60,581 bases of DNA, filler included, from Dimargaris cristalligena (GCA_003614675.1; 10 parts of 10 records of this genome joined end to end with filler, not necessarily neighbours in it), one strand, 5' to 3'. Positions 1 through 12,125 are shown, counted from the first letter of the whole stretch. Translations and numbers: made by a program. The notes: generated from the sequence alone by a model not told the origin.

Positions 1-1432
1 GAGATAGATGTGGGCCAGGGTGAACAATGCGCTGGTGTACGAGCGTTCATCCCCTAGGTAGTGAAGCATCCGGAGGGCTTCGCTTACCAATGGCTGGATA
101 ACGGGGGGCTCTTCCAAGTCGGGCCGATCAAGGGCGTAGGGAGACACGTAGGCATCCAGTTGAGGGTCCCGTTCGCTTAGGCGAGTCTTCGGGGGTTTGG
201 ACCGGGACGGCTGGCCCCAGCGGGGTTGATCGGACTGTTGCCAGATATACTGCTGGATATAATCCCGGACAGTGTCGGTTAGGGGCATTACAGTGGACAA
301 ATACATTTGGCGGAGAGTCAGTCGTATAGACTTGGGTAGCATAATAAGATACGACAGTGAATCAGAATCGACCCCGTGTGCGGATTGGTAGGCAGGGCTG
401 GCCTGCTTGTCAAACTTGTCCAAAATTGACATGGCCTCGGTGTAAATTTCTGTGAAATACGTACATGGTTCCAGGAATGCAATGAACATATTCCCCCCAA
501 AAATCAATGGTTAGTAAATGCAAATGTAAATTCGATTCGAATCGGGGGTGTTACACTCCAGTTGGAAATACTATGACCGGGATGCTATATTTAGCCAGCC
601 ATTGATCAACACAGCCTGCTGGTTTTAACTTGCGATGGCACTAAATTTAGTTGACGGGCTAGGTGATAATTTAATGAATACCTTCTGATGATAATCGAGG
701 GACGGTGTCTTCGGAAAATGAATCTACAGACTGGAGTGGGGTGCGAGTAAACGAGACCAATGGGGTGCAGATACAAGTTGTAATTAATGAGTAACTCAAT
801 AAATGAACGACGGAGATATCACTGCATAATCAAAGAAAGCCATGACATTGCAATGAAATTAAGAGTGGAATAGCAGGGGGAATCGGAAATTTAGTTATGC
901 CTATAAGGCGGATCTAGGTATGGTTAATACAAGCAGTCTATTTTACCTTGGCTTGCTCCGCCGTAGACTGGGGGATGGCACCCTGCTCCTCCGCCGCCGA
1001 ACATACGGGCTGCCATGTGGTCAAGGCAACGGATAGAGCGAGGAATACTGGTGGTGTCACAGCCGATTTGACGCATTAAAATACACATGTTAGAATGGCA
1101 GTAGTGGATTTAGCAACCGGTCAGTCTAAATGAATGCTCGTCTCAGACGTTCGGGACAAACGAGTTCTTAAGTCCACACTTCAACAGGTTGGGAAATAGG
1201 GAGATGGAGTAGGTGAGCCCTGACCAATTCACTCGGCTTCTGAGCATCGCGAGTGAAACTACGCACTGCCAAGAAAGGGGGTAAACTATTTACACAATAA
1301 GCCTGAATGAGCTCGCTTCGCGGGAATACACTGCATAGCTGTCTATGTTAGTGGGCTTGAAGCATCTGGCAAATGCCACTTGGCATGTTGTGCGCTAAAC
1401 TTACCAGCCGCATGGTAACGATGAAAGCGCAT
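1..1432 (-). CDS. Sel1-repeat secretory-pathway protein (HRD3/SEL1L-like), 5' part; 4 exons 1432-1405, 1047-947, 730-682, 449-<1; truncated by window edge
   Basis: Hand-spliced at GTAAGT/GTAAAA/GTATTC donors and CAG acceptors with matching phases (1,0,1). Gives MRFHRYHAAVFLALSVALTTWQPVCSAAEE (signal peptide)…EIYTEAMSILDKFD…ALRMLHYLGDERSYTSALFTLAHIYL, the last part resembling a Sel1 repeat start. Family call is by recognition only. Confidence 0.65.
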
Positions 1433-2935
1433 TCGGAAAGGGCCAATCGGGCACAATAAGCGCAAATACTGTCAAGGTCGAGGGCTGAACCTGGGATGAT
1501 GAGAAGAAAGGTGGGCCTAGAATGGTGTATGCTATTTAAAAGTAAAGTACGGTATAGCTAGTAATACATGAAAGAGGAAATGAAGCTAGTGCATCCTGCT
1601 GACGACTGCTTGAACCAGAGCTAAAGGTAAGTTCCGAAACCATTCGATGGATAGGCAGAGACCCCCTCTCCGCTTGTTAAGCTAGTTTAGGCGGCTGATA
1701 AAGCTGCCACGTCAAGCGAGGTTAAGACCGCTAAAGTGGGACTCGCCCATTCTGTAACCAGATTAACCTGAAATACAAAATATCCCACCGTGGGGATAAA
1801 ATAACGGATCATCCTAGATATACGATGAAAGTTTACGATGCAGAGGATGCGAAGCAACCTACCAATATGAGAAGGGAATTAAATTATACTCGAACTTTGA
1901 ATTTAAGGATTCTGTTAATATTACCAAGTAATATTCACCCAGATTTTCAACTATCTATGAAGCATGGTTAATCTGTATCTTGAAAATAATAGCAAAATTT
2001 ATTGTAAAATAATTTATTAAACGGGGTTGTATAGAAGCAATGCAGAACTTGACCGTCTTTCCTCATTTAATCACAGGGGGGAGGTGATGCCTCTCGGAGA
2101 TGGGATATTGTTCGATGCCCCGTTATCGAAGCAAGCGCCAACGCTTAGGCAGCGTGAAATATGACACTCATTTACGCAATATATGGAGCCCAGTGTTCCA
2201 GTAGGGGAACTCCTCTCCAACGGCAACAGTATCACTGGAAAAGTATGATACAAACCCGCTGTTGGACAGTTGTATTTCCAAATGGGCCGATGCTACCTCC
2301 CGAAACCGGCCGTATTTAGAGATAGTGAAGCGAAATCCTTGAAGAGTGAATAAGATTATGTACGTATACCTTTTAGGGCCACTACTCTAGAACTAATCAA
2401 CCCATTCCAACAGTAACCATTTCGAATAATAAAGTGAATTGTTTCAGCTTTTCCCATAAATGTCGGATTAAAACACCTCAAGACCCAAATCCAGTGGTAG
2501 AAATGCCAATTACGCAGATTAAATTATTTGACAAGTATAAACAAAAACCACGATTGACTAGGTTATACACTCGGGCCAAAGAAGAGAATGCTACATTACT
2601 CATACCAGTGAATTTAGGAGCACTTTGTGAATGAATACGGCCCAGTTCACACCCACATGTGCATCGCAAGGCCATACTTCTACAGGCATGCTTTACTTAC
2701 TAGTGCAATATTCCTTGAACCAATGTATTATCCTGAAATGGTATTCATGGCCTCCTAAGATATACAGCGAAGCCTAGAGATTGCCCTAGTATCTACCTAC
2801 CAGAATGTCCGACCTGACTCTAGACCAATAAATGAACGGCTATCATACTTTACTTAGGGACCTGGTCACCAGGCTTACTTGGAATTGGGACACTCTGGCC
2901 TATGCGTATGCCTTCATTCAAAACCACCCCCTGGT

Positions 2936-2943
2936 TATAAATA
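2936..2943 (+). promoter_or_regulatory. TATA box of small secreted peptide gene
   Basis: TATAAATA about 150 nt upstream of the ATG at 3095, followed by a CT-rich leader and a CACA-ATG start context. Confidence 0.55.
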
Positions 2944-3094
2944 CAGAGACTCTGGCTCCAAAGGGAAAAATTTATTTGCATACATAATAACCTTGTAGTC
3001 CACTATTACCACATCTTCCGGTACCAGTGCTCCTCCTATCCAGTACTTCTTATATTCTCTTTACACCCTGATACGCCTCTTTACCTTATCCACA

Positions 3095-3232
3095 ATGCAG
3101 GTCATTCGTTACTTTATTGCTGCCACCATGGTTATTGTCGCTGTCTCGGCCGCTCCCCAACCCGCCGAAGAGATTATCGGCAGCATTGCTGACAGCACCA
3201 ACAATCGCATTATCTGGGGTTCCGGCTGGTAA
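3095..3232 (+). CDS. 45-aa small secreted peptide precursor
   Basis: MQVIRYFIAATMVIVAVSA-APQPAEEIIGSIADSTNNRIIWGSGW*. Has a clear signal peptide with VSA/AP cleavage, C/T-ending codons, TATA box and good start context. Below the 60-aa cutoff of the ORF track. Confidence 0.75.
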   Translation: MQVIRYFIAATMVIVAVSAAPQPAEEIIGSIADSTNNRIIWGSGW

Positions 3233-5869
3233 GCAACTCTCCCAGCTCAACATTCAGGACGCCTACCGACCCTAACGAAGCCAAGCATCGGCAGACGACT
3301 TACGGCCATCACCAGTGTCTTGGCGGTAACCTATCACTCGACCTCCACCCAATTTTAAGTGGGGTTAATGCCCCCCGCTATAATTTCCCGGTTAACGGAT
3401 TTATGAAATATCCTATTATAAGAACATATTAAATTTATGCTTACTAGATGCCTGGTCAAGCTATGGTATTCACTATAATAAATAACATTTAAGCCTTTTT
3501 AATTGTCCGAACTTTATTATATAGGGACTTGCTTAAGACATCTCGACGTTAATTAAACGGGAATGTGGTATTGCGGGCCCGCCCTAAGCAATATTGTGGT
3601 TGGTATAATCTATGCCCACTTTGATTATTTAAGCATGTGGCTCCCCTCAAGTACGGCATAATGATTTCTACAAAGACCAGTTCCAACAAATGATGATCCT
3701 GTCCAATAGACGAAGGTTCACACTATTTCCCCGCAGTGCTTATCCCCCCGCCCCATCTTAATTCGCCTGACATTTTGTCTAGCAGAGTGTATATTTCAGT
3801 TTTATAGAACAAGGCAGTCGGTAGTGCGAGGGATTCTAAACCACCTGATTTGTGGATGGAGGTTATAGCAACAGAATATGCTTGCTACAGTTGGAGGGTA
3901 TTATCCCACCCTGGTTTAGGCCAGAGGGTTTGAGGCAATGGATGGGTACTGGTGACCCCCTGGCCAGGACCATTTATGATCACCCTACTTCGAAATGAGC
4001 AATACCTGAAATAATAAGCAACTGCTGTACTGGGCAACCTTAATTGCTAACTGCCTTTGTTTCACACTCGTCGGTGGTATTATGAATCAACTCCGATCAA
4101 TCTGGGAGGTTGTAAATGTTGGAAGTAGATGGTGAAGTCTAACTAGGCCTTAAAGCGTTACGTTTTACTGACAAATAGTAGAGTGGCATGATTGACCCCC
4201 CACCCCGGTCATTTCGCTAGGCTCGCCCTAAAATGAAGAAACTACCAAGTCCAGGTTGCTGATCCCTTGGAGTGGTCCAATTAAACGGGTGCCGCCTTTC
4301 GCCTCCCCTAACGAGTAGCCAATAACCTAGGATCGGCGACTGTCGATCTCTAATGGCGCCCACCACCCCCACCCACGATGTCCACATCAGGACTGCCCCA
4401 TTAGGCGGATAATTGAGACCATGGAGGGGTCACCTGGGAAACTAGGCCACTCTAGATAAAATTAGGAGTAGAATAATCGTGCTTGACCCATACACTGCAC
4501 TGTTTCAATAGACTGCCCGATTTGACTAGACATGGTACCAACTGTAATATAACGGTCTGTCAGCACCCATTAGGTCGATCATAAGGTATGTAGAAGACGT
4601 GATTTAAGTGGGACAGGTGATAATTGACAGTGGGAATACAATACTGGCTCTTAATCACTGTGGATAAGGAAACTATATCAATAAGGTTGATATGGGAGTA
4701 TTTAAATAAATACCCATAAATACCGAATAGATAAAAATATAACCAACCATATAAGTTAGTGGCATATCGTCCCACCTAACATAGTACGTTGATCTCCGAG
4801 CTGGCTAATTATGGTGGCCGAAAGCAAGGGTTGTAAGCAAGAGCCACCTTTGCTTTAAACTACAATATGCCATTATCATGGTGGCTTGTAAGCGAGTGCC
4901 TATTTCTCTCAATTTAAACAGCAGCAAGCCAGTCGCCACCTCATTTGAAGTACCCTTTGCCCAAAGGGCAACGCAGCCACGTGGTAAGAGGATAGTTGAG
5001 AGAAGAGGTCAGATTGCCCTGAAAACCCTGACCCAAAGTGGATGCGGTACTGATTATAGGGGACCGCATTTATCTATCTGGGTAGGGTTTAGGCGGGATG
5101 GCTAACCAATAATCTAATAAATAAATACTTGTAAACATCACGTCGTACGGACCGATTGCTCTTGCAATACTTAGGAGGAAAGCATCCCCCTTCCCAACCA
5201 ATAAATGATCATCAGAGAGGCAGTATTGGATTGGTTCTGCCATATTAGATATCCTCTAGAATTACACAACGCCCCTCGCATTGCCCTTAATACTCCCTAT
5301 TTATATAGATTACTACACTCCACTAATGTCACGAGTTTATATTCTATTGTAACCAAGTGGGCCGAGTAGGGCCAAGAACTATATGTAGAATAACAAAGGA
5401 TGCCGAGTGGGGCAGGTAGATAAATAATGACTATAAACGAGTTTGAAATGTAAGTTAAGTATTTATTTCTAAGACAAGGGACAAAGCTGGCCACTCGGGT
5501 CGGTGTATTTTATTCCTCCTGGATGAGGTGCTGCTCTTGTGCCGTTGGGGGGATGGTGTCCTCTTCCATTAGGCGGGTTGGCCTTTCTCTGCCATAGTCC
5601 CGTAGGTCTTCCTCCCTCAGGGAGGAGTTACTGTGGGAGAGAGATCGGCCTCCATCCTATGGGGGGGGGGAGGCCTCCTCTGGTTGCACTATAATCTAAA
5701 ACATGGGTGAAAGTCAGCCCAGCTGTAAAAGGTTTTAAATGATACTGGTAAAGGACTCATCCACAACCAGTCATATTTGCCTTATCCAACGGATTTTTCT
5801 CTACGCCAACTGGATGAATACTTCTCCTACATGATTCGTTGAAGATTCAAAATGTTAACAAAAACAGGA

Positions 5870-5941
5870 CTCTCCAACAGGGAATTGAACCCTGGTCTTC
5901 CGCGTGACAGGCGGAGATACTCACCACTATACTATTGAAGA
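5870..5941 (-). tRNA. tRNA-Asp (GTC)
   Basis: TCTTCAATAGTATAGTGGTGAGTATCTCCGCCTGTCACGCGGAAGACCAGGGTTCAATTCCCTGTTGGAGAG, 72 nt. Acceptor, anticodon (TCCGC-CTGTCAC-GCGGA) and T stems pair, discriminator is G, and a T5 Pol III terminator lies at 5864-5860. Confidence 0.93.
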
Positions 5942-6030
5942 TGTTCCATGGTATTGTGGTAGGACCTGAGACTAGTTAGTTAACCGCAGTATTTCTTTAT
6001 TAATCAGTTCCCATTACTATATCCTTTTAT

Positions 6031-6130
6031 NNNNNNNNNNNNNNNNNNNNNNNNNNNNNNNNNNNNNNNNNNNNTTAATTAATTAANNNNNNNNNNNNNN
6101 NNNNNNNNNNNNNNNNNNNNNNNNNNNNNN
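6031..6130. other. artificial contig spacer
   Basis: 100 nt of N with central TTAATTAATTAA (stops in six frames). Confidence 0.97.
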
Positions 6131-6362
6131 AGGGAGGGGAGTTCCCAGATAATAGTATTAGTCATCACAAAGGATAGGTAATACTCAGGTAACCAATAAA
6201 TTCAATGTGAAATAATAGAAGGGAAAAAAGGAATGGGAGAAAGCTATTTGTAGTTATACTTTGAATAAAAGTGTAATTGGGCCAGGGGCAGTGTTAATTT
6301 AAGGGTATAGTCCAGTTAGGGGTATATATAGGAAAATACTATACTAATAATTTAGGCTAATT

Positions 6363-6484
6363 TGACTATACTTATTAGGGGCAGGGATAGGGGCTTATTT
6401 ACTTATTAGGGGTGTATTTCCAATAAGTGTAAAAAATAGGTAAATAATAAAAATATATAAAAATATGGTAAGTTTACCACAATT
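6363..6484 (+). repeat. dispersed repeat family 1, more mutated copy
   Basis: Aligns with 30520-30642. The first 77 nt are ungapped with 15 differences, all transitions. Confidence 0.9.
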
Positions 6485-6587
6485 AGTAAGTATATTTCCT
6501 TCATATCCCTTACATATTCCTGCCACTAGCTTTTATAAGTTGGTATTATACCCTGTACCTGATATTAGTGACCCACTTAGCTAAGCC

Positions 6588-6660
6588 TAAGCCTTACCTA
6601 CCATTAGAAGCCTATCCTTAGGACTCTTAATAGACTAAGAGTAGTTAACCTAGGTAACAT
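6588..6660 (+). repeat. dispersed repeat family 2, more mutated copy
   Basis: Ungapped 66/73 identity to 36561-36633. Confidence 0.92.
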
Positions 6661-7863
6661 ATTATGAGTAATTATTTATTTAATTTAATTTCTGTAAAAA
6701 TAAATATAGTTATATGTAAAGATACAGGACCCCCCTTCCCTGTATCTAGGTACTGGCTAAGGGTTATTGAAATACTTATGCCACCTTTGCCTATCAAGTA
6801 TTCCACCTTATCAGGTCTCAAATATGGAACTATTCCAGTATAATATGCATATATCCCCAAGCAGATACTACAATGTTGATTTCAGTACTCAGAAGGAATC
6901 ACACTTCTTTGGCCTTTTAGTTTCTGGCCTAATAGGAGCTCTGGCACAGAAGTCTGTACAAGTTGTACTATGAGTAATATTTAATGTCTAGATTTATGTA
7001 CTATTCAGTACCAACAATGGTGAATTAAGTAATCAGTCCAATGGACAAATGAGTGACCAATGTCAGTGCAGCCCAGTTGGGCCATAATGGTACCATTGGC
7101 ACATATGAGTAGTACTGAAATAGGTGCTAAATAGTTTAAAATCAGCAAAGTAGACCATCAGGCATCTAAATAGCTACAGCCAAAAGAGAGGCTTATTAGA
7201 CACTGCAGCTGAAGAGAGAAAATGGGGTGGAACAAGCCAGCTATAGTCAAAATAGTTATCATTTTTTTTGTGCATTTATTACTAGACTTTGACTATTCAG
7301 TTAATCTATTGCTGACCCTAATTTTAGTAACCCCATGTGTACCTCCAAGGTTGTGAGACTGAAGGGGAATTCTGGAAGAAATTTAGAACATATTGGTAGC
7401 ACAGTTACTGTAAGGTACTCTCAACTGGGTGAACTAAGAGAACGTAGCCTCAGCTGACACAAAGCATTTTCCTGATGAACAGATCCTTCGCTATCAGTTT
7501 TTTGGATTATCTTGGTCACCATACCCATTGCAATTAATACAAAGGATTCCTGACATGGTCCATTCATTATACCATTGACCAGCCAGTTGTTCCATTCTTG
7601 GGCCCCAGTCTGCGTCCCTTTAACTTTGGCACAAAAGCAGTGATGGGTCTATATTTTCATACTGCTCCATAGTTACGTATTACTATGATAACCTATAACC
7701 GAGAAGTGCAGGTCCTCTGGTGCAGTATTCTGGCCCTAAACTTTTTGCTGTCTTTTTATAATTATTTTACTTTTTTTTGTTTTAACAGCAAGGCGAGATT
7801 CCTTTGGTATACTTTTTAAAACTGCTTATTCTTTCTCACTCCTCACCTCTATTGCATATAAGG

Positions 7864-9438
7864 ATGCGAACACACCTGGGCCACCCGCATACTCGGTACT
7901 TTTTCCGCCATTGCCCGACCAGCCCCCAGAACCGGTCGTTTTTGCATTTGCCCTCCCCTGACCTTTTCTGCCGCCGGACCATTAATAGTCGGGCCACCTC
8001 TATCCCGGATTCCCCACCGCCGTTGGCTTCCTTACCCGTACCAAGATCCCCCCCGCCCCTGGCCATTTACGTTCACTGGCCGTATTGCCAAAGTCACTGC
8101 ACCTATTGCAATTTCAACAAGTATGTAGTGGCCCAGCCGGACGTTGAACGACTCACGTCGGCCCTAGACCGGGAGCTACGGACCAGCCTGGCCGAACGCC
8201 CCCCTAACCAAGTGGTACGTAGTATTTATTTCGGCGGGGGAACCCCCAGCTTGGCCCCACCCGCCACCCTGGCCAAACTTTTGAACACGGTGCAACACTA
8301 CTGCCGCATCGATCCCGCAACAACTGAAATCACTCTTGAAGCCAACCCGACCACCCTCGAGACGGGGAAATTACGAGCCTTCCGGGCGCTAGGGATCAAC
8401 CGACTGTCCCTGGGGCTCCAGGCCCTCAATGAGCCGGCCCTGCGGCAGTTGGGGCGGAACCACTCCGTCACCGAAGCCCTGCGGGCCTTGGCCCAATGCC
8501 ATGCGCTATTTCCCAGTGGTGGTGGAGGAGGTATGGGTGTGGGTGTGGGTGGAGTGACGTTTGATTTGATCTACGGTCGACCGGATCAATCGACCGTCTC
8601 CGACTGGGTGAAGGAGTTAAACATAGGGCTAGAGTGTGCTGGGTCGCACATGTCCCTGTACGAACTAACCTGGAAACGCGGCACGGCCCTATTCCGGGCC
8701 CTCGAGGCGGGGAAACTTCAGCGGGCTAGCGACGACTTACTCTCGGAGATGTATGAGGCCACCATCGAGACATGCGCCGCCCATCGGTTCCATCACTATG
8801 AGGTATCTAGCTTTGCCCGTCTGGAGGCGGCGGATTCCTTTCCCGGCCCGGGCCCTACTAACCCACCGGACCTAGTGAACAACGGCTCTACTTTATTAGC
8901 GAATCCGCAGACGTGGCTGTCCTGGCCCCATCAAAGTAGCCACAACTCAGCTTACTGGCGGGGCCTGGATTACGTGGGCATCGGACCCGGGGCCCATGGG
9001 CGAGTTACGGATCCCCAGACCGGCCGGCGGAAACGTACCATCCGTATCCCCCACCCACCGACCTGGATGCAACAGTGCGAAGAATTGGGCCACGGTTTAC
9101 GGCTCGAGACGGAGCTCACCGACCAAGAGGCCCGGGAGGAGTTGCTGATGTTTGGCCTCCGGATGCGGGAGGGTCTGCCTTTGAGTCGCCTCCGGCGGTA
9201 CGGAAACACCAACGATTTGGGCGAGATGATCGATATGGCACGGATGCAGGAGCTGGTGGAGAGCGGGCATTTAAACTGGGGTACCGCCCGGGTTTTCGAC
9301 GATGCTCCCCCCAAAGCTAACCTGACCGCCGAAATAGTTGAAACGTTGCCAGTTTCCATGACCCTATGGCCCACAGCCAAGGGGATCGCCCTGGTGGATA
9401 GTATTTTACCCCGGCTACTCCACGATAAGACCACTTGA
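7864..9438 (+). CDS. RSAD1: radical SAM heme chaperone HemW/RSAD1 family, probably mitochondrial
   Basis: YVHWPYCQSHCTYC (CxxxCxxC), YFGGGTPS, EITLEANP, RLSLGLQ, YEVSSF and the HemW-type HNxxYW motif (HNSAYW). Arg-rich, acid-poor N-terminus from the ATG at 7864. Confidence 0.9.
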   Translation: MRTHLGHPHTRYFFRHCPTSPQNRSFLHLPSPDLFCRRTINSRATSIPDSPPPLASLPVPRSPPPLAIYVHWPYCQSHCTYCNFNKYVVAQPDVERLTSALDRELRTSLAERPPNQVVRSIYFGGGTPSLAPPATLAKLLNTVQHYCRIDPATTEITLEANPTTLETGKLRAFRALGINRLSLGLQALNEPALRQLGRNHSVTEALRALAQCHALFPSGGGGGMGVGVGGVTFDLIYGRPDQSTVSDWVKELNIGLECAGSHMSLYELTWKRGTALFRALEAGKLQRASDDLLSEMYEATIETCAAHRFHHYEVSSFARLEAADSFPGPGPTNPPDLVNNGSTLLANPQTWLSWPHQSSHNSAYWRGLDYVGIGPGAHGRVTDPQTGRRKRTIRIPHPPTWMQQCEELGHGLRLETELTDQEAREELLMFGLRMREGLPLSRLRRYGNTNDLGEMIDMARMQELVESGHLNWGTARVFDDAPPKANLTAEIVETLPVSMTLWPTAKGIALVDSILPRLLHDKTT

Positions 9439-9638
9439 ATCTTCCCTGAATGATAAGTATAGTTTAATCCTTCTATCCGATGCTCCATAACTCCCATGTA
9501 TAATAATTACATTACATTCAGTTAACTTTTCTTCCATATCTCAAAATTTAGTATCGGTGGATATCAGCGGATCTGTAAATAGCAATATACCAGTCAGTAT
9601 CTAATTATAACCAAGCTCGGAGCCTCCCAATGTGTCGC

Positions 9639-11233
9639 TTACAGTCGGGGTTGAAGGGCAGGCGGGCCCTTCTGCCATGCTAGACCATGGCCGATGAAAC
9701 GGGAAACCTGGTCGGCTATTGTCTGGGGGGACTCCATAACCACCATATGCCCTGATTGGGCGATGAAATGCAAATCCGCCGTATAGCTGGCTGATACATG
9801 GGCTTGGGCAAACCGGTCGTTAGGACAAATATTGGAATCGGTCCCCATAATATACCGCAAAGGGCAGACAATGTCAATCAGTCGATTAAAAAGCCACACC
9901 CCATCAATTGCCCCCGCTAGAAATGCTTGGTGCTCGACTTCGGGGGTGCATTTGAAGGTAACGGCGATCGGGCCCGGGTCTTGGCCGGAGTTCCGTTTTG
10001 TCGAGGATTCGGACTCTGCGCTCCCACCGCTGGACAAGGGGTCAGCGGTCATTGGAGTCAATCCGTATTGGATATAAATGGCCAAGGACCGGGGGTCCCA
10101 GCTTTGGTAAAAGGGGTGTTTCTGAAAATATGCCAGGGCCGATGTATAGTCAGGCCAGACGCGTTTGCGCTTTAGAATGAAATCGAACCGCATTTCCCAG
10201 TAGTGACGCCCGGCGAAGGGAATGGCGGGCTCTATCATAAGTAATGCGTCGAATAGCGTGGGCCACATAATTTGGGCCAGTAACCTATTGCCCAGGGGGG
10301 AAGGGTTGGTGATAGTCATAGAAACTTAAATTATTATTATTTAAAATAAATAGAAAAATCACAGCACCTCTGGGCTACAGATAGGGTGTGTACTCAAAAC
10401 TGATTGTGACTGACAGTGATTACGATTATGATTAACAACGACCCCATTCAGGAGAAAATATGATTGAGATCATCTCGCTTACATTGAAGTGGCGCCATAA
10501 GAATGGCCTATGCCGATTAGGGCGCCTCTACAGCTTAGCTGGTCCACCAGGGCAATAATATCGCGGGCATTGTCAAACCATGTTGCTGTGAATGCCGGTA
10601 CAATGGGGGTGATGGCAGTGCCGTGGATATGGTTATCGTGCCGGTCGTTTCAATCCAATACGTTATTGGGAAGGGGGTTGGGAGTTAGTTCAAGCGAATT
10701 TACCACCTGCTCTCCATGCATAGGGGGGGGATCAGTTTAGAGGACATCCATGCTGGTGCCGGCGAGATATCTGAATAGGAAAGCTTGGACTTACTTTTCG
10801 AAGGGAGCGTCGGCTGGTTCAGGGCCGCGCTATCCCCGTGGTCGCAGACGTCAAAGACTATGATGTGGTGAATATACCAGGCTGGCCCAGGGGTAGGGGA
10901 GGTTTCGTCGCCGGGTGTGGCCGACTCTCCTCGCTTGGGTTTCTGGAGTCGATTGGGGAAAGCCCTGTACGCCCGAACTCCCGCATCATAGGGCTGCTCG
11001 GCCCATGCGGCGCTGGTTAGGGACAGGTCGTTGATTATTGGATACCAAACCTCTTTGTGAAATCCGGAAGCGTGGGCCATAAGCAAGGTAACCGGTTGCC
11101 CAGGCAGGGTTGGCCCTGCCTCGGTGGTAAGAGAATTGGGCCGGAATACCTCGGCCACGAGCCTTTGGCCCGGTCGCGCGCCCTTGACCATAGGACAGGA
11201 ACTGGTGAAGCGGCTTGTGAGTTCGTTACGCAT
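9639..11233 (-). CDS. alpha/beta hydrolase, Lpx1-like, with PTS1-like C-terminus; exons 11233-10795, 10585-10483, 10284-9639
   Basis: Splicing at GTAAGT/CAG and GTAAGC/TAG joins HASGFHKEVW, HGDSA, GHSYG (nucleophile elbow), LLMIEP and SGHMVVME in frame. Ends in -PRL. Confidence 0.85.
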
Positions 11234-12125
11234 CGGCTATCAGAGAAGGGAAACAATGGACTAGTTTATCCGATTTACAATATGAGGCGAGGAGCCAAAT
11301 AAAGAGAGAACGCTAGGTGGGTTGGAGCAGTTCGGAGGAATACGTTATATTGTTGGAAAGCGACGGGTGCACGAGGTATGGGGTAAGGGAAGTGATTGTG
11401 AGTGGGGGATTGCTGCCCCCCTCTTCCCAGCGACGTGTCACATTAATATAGTAGTCTATACGAGACTGTTCACCTCAACATGTGATCTTTGTAGGCGCAG
11501 AAAAGGGATTACCAAACCATATATGTAAACCCAGTGCAAATAAATAACATTTCTATTCTTTACCCAACCCAGCCCACTGTGAAGTACATAGAGCATATCT
11601 TTATAAAGCGTCGGCTCAGCCGCTTATCATAAATGGCCGGAAACTTGGGGCATCTTTCGGGAATAATACCACCGAGATGTGGCTACTGCCCAATCCGATG
11701 CATGTTAATAATAAAGGAGGGGGGGATACATTTCGTGACTATAGCATTGTGGTTGATTTTCTCCGCCAACCCCCCTAACTCGCACCCCTCAACGATTGGT
11801 GCAAATGCGACAAGTCCCACTAATTTGAGGAATTGCCGCAACTTGGAACACCCGGTCTCAGGCAATTGGCCAAGGAAAGCAATTTGGCCAACAGACAATA
11901 GGTCACACTGTATCCGCTGGGAAAAGAGTGCTGCTTAACATCCATTGTGAAAGTCAGAGTCGGCCAGTTCACGATATCAGGTAGTGATAACCGGGTCAAT
12001 ATGGGTGAAATTCAGCTTGGTTGTATAAGGTTTTAACAGATATGCGTATGGGAAAATCAGTGGGATATTAATTTTCAACCAGTAGTATTTGCCTCATCAA
12101 ATGGATTTTTCGTTATACAGCCTTG

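Larger units (their letters stand above)
6131..7440. repeat. hypermutated (CpG-free, TpA-rich) repeat-derived DNA
   Basis: No CpG found by eye over about 1.3 kb. TpA is in excess in 6131-6760. Contains segments homologous to 30520-30642 and 36561-36633. Confidence 0.75.
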
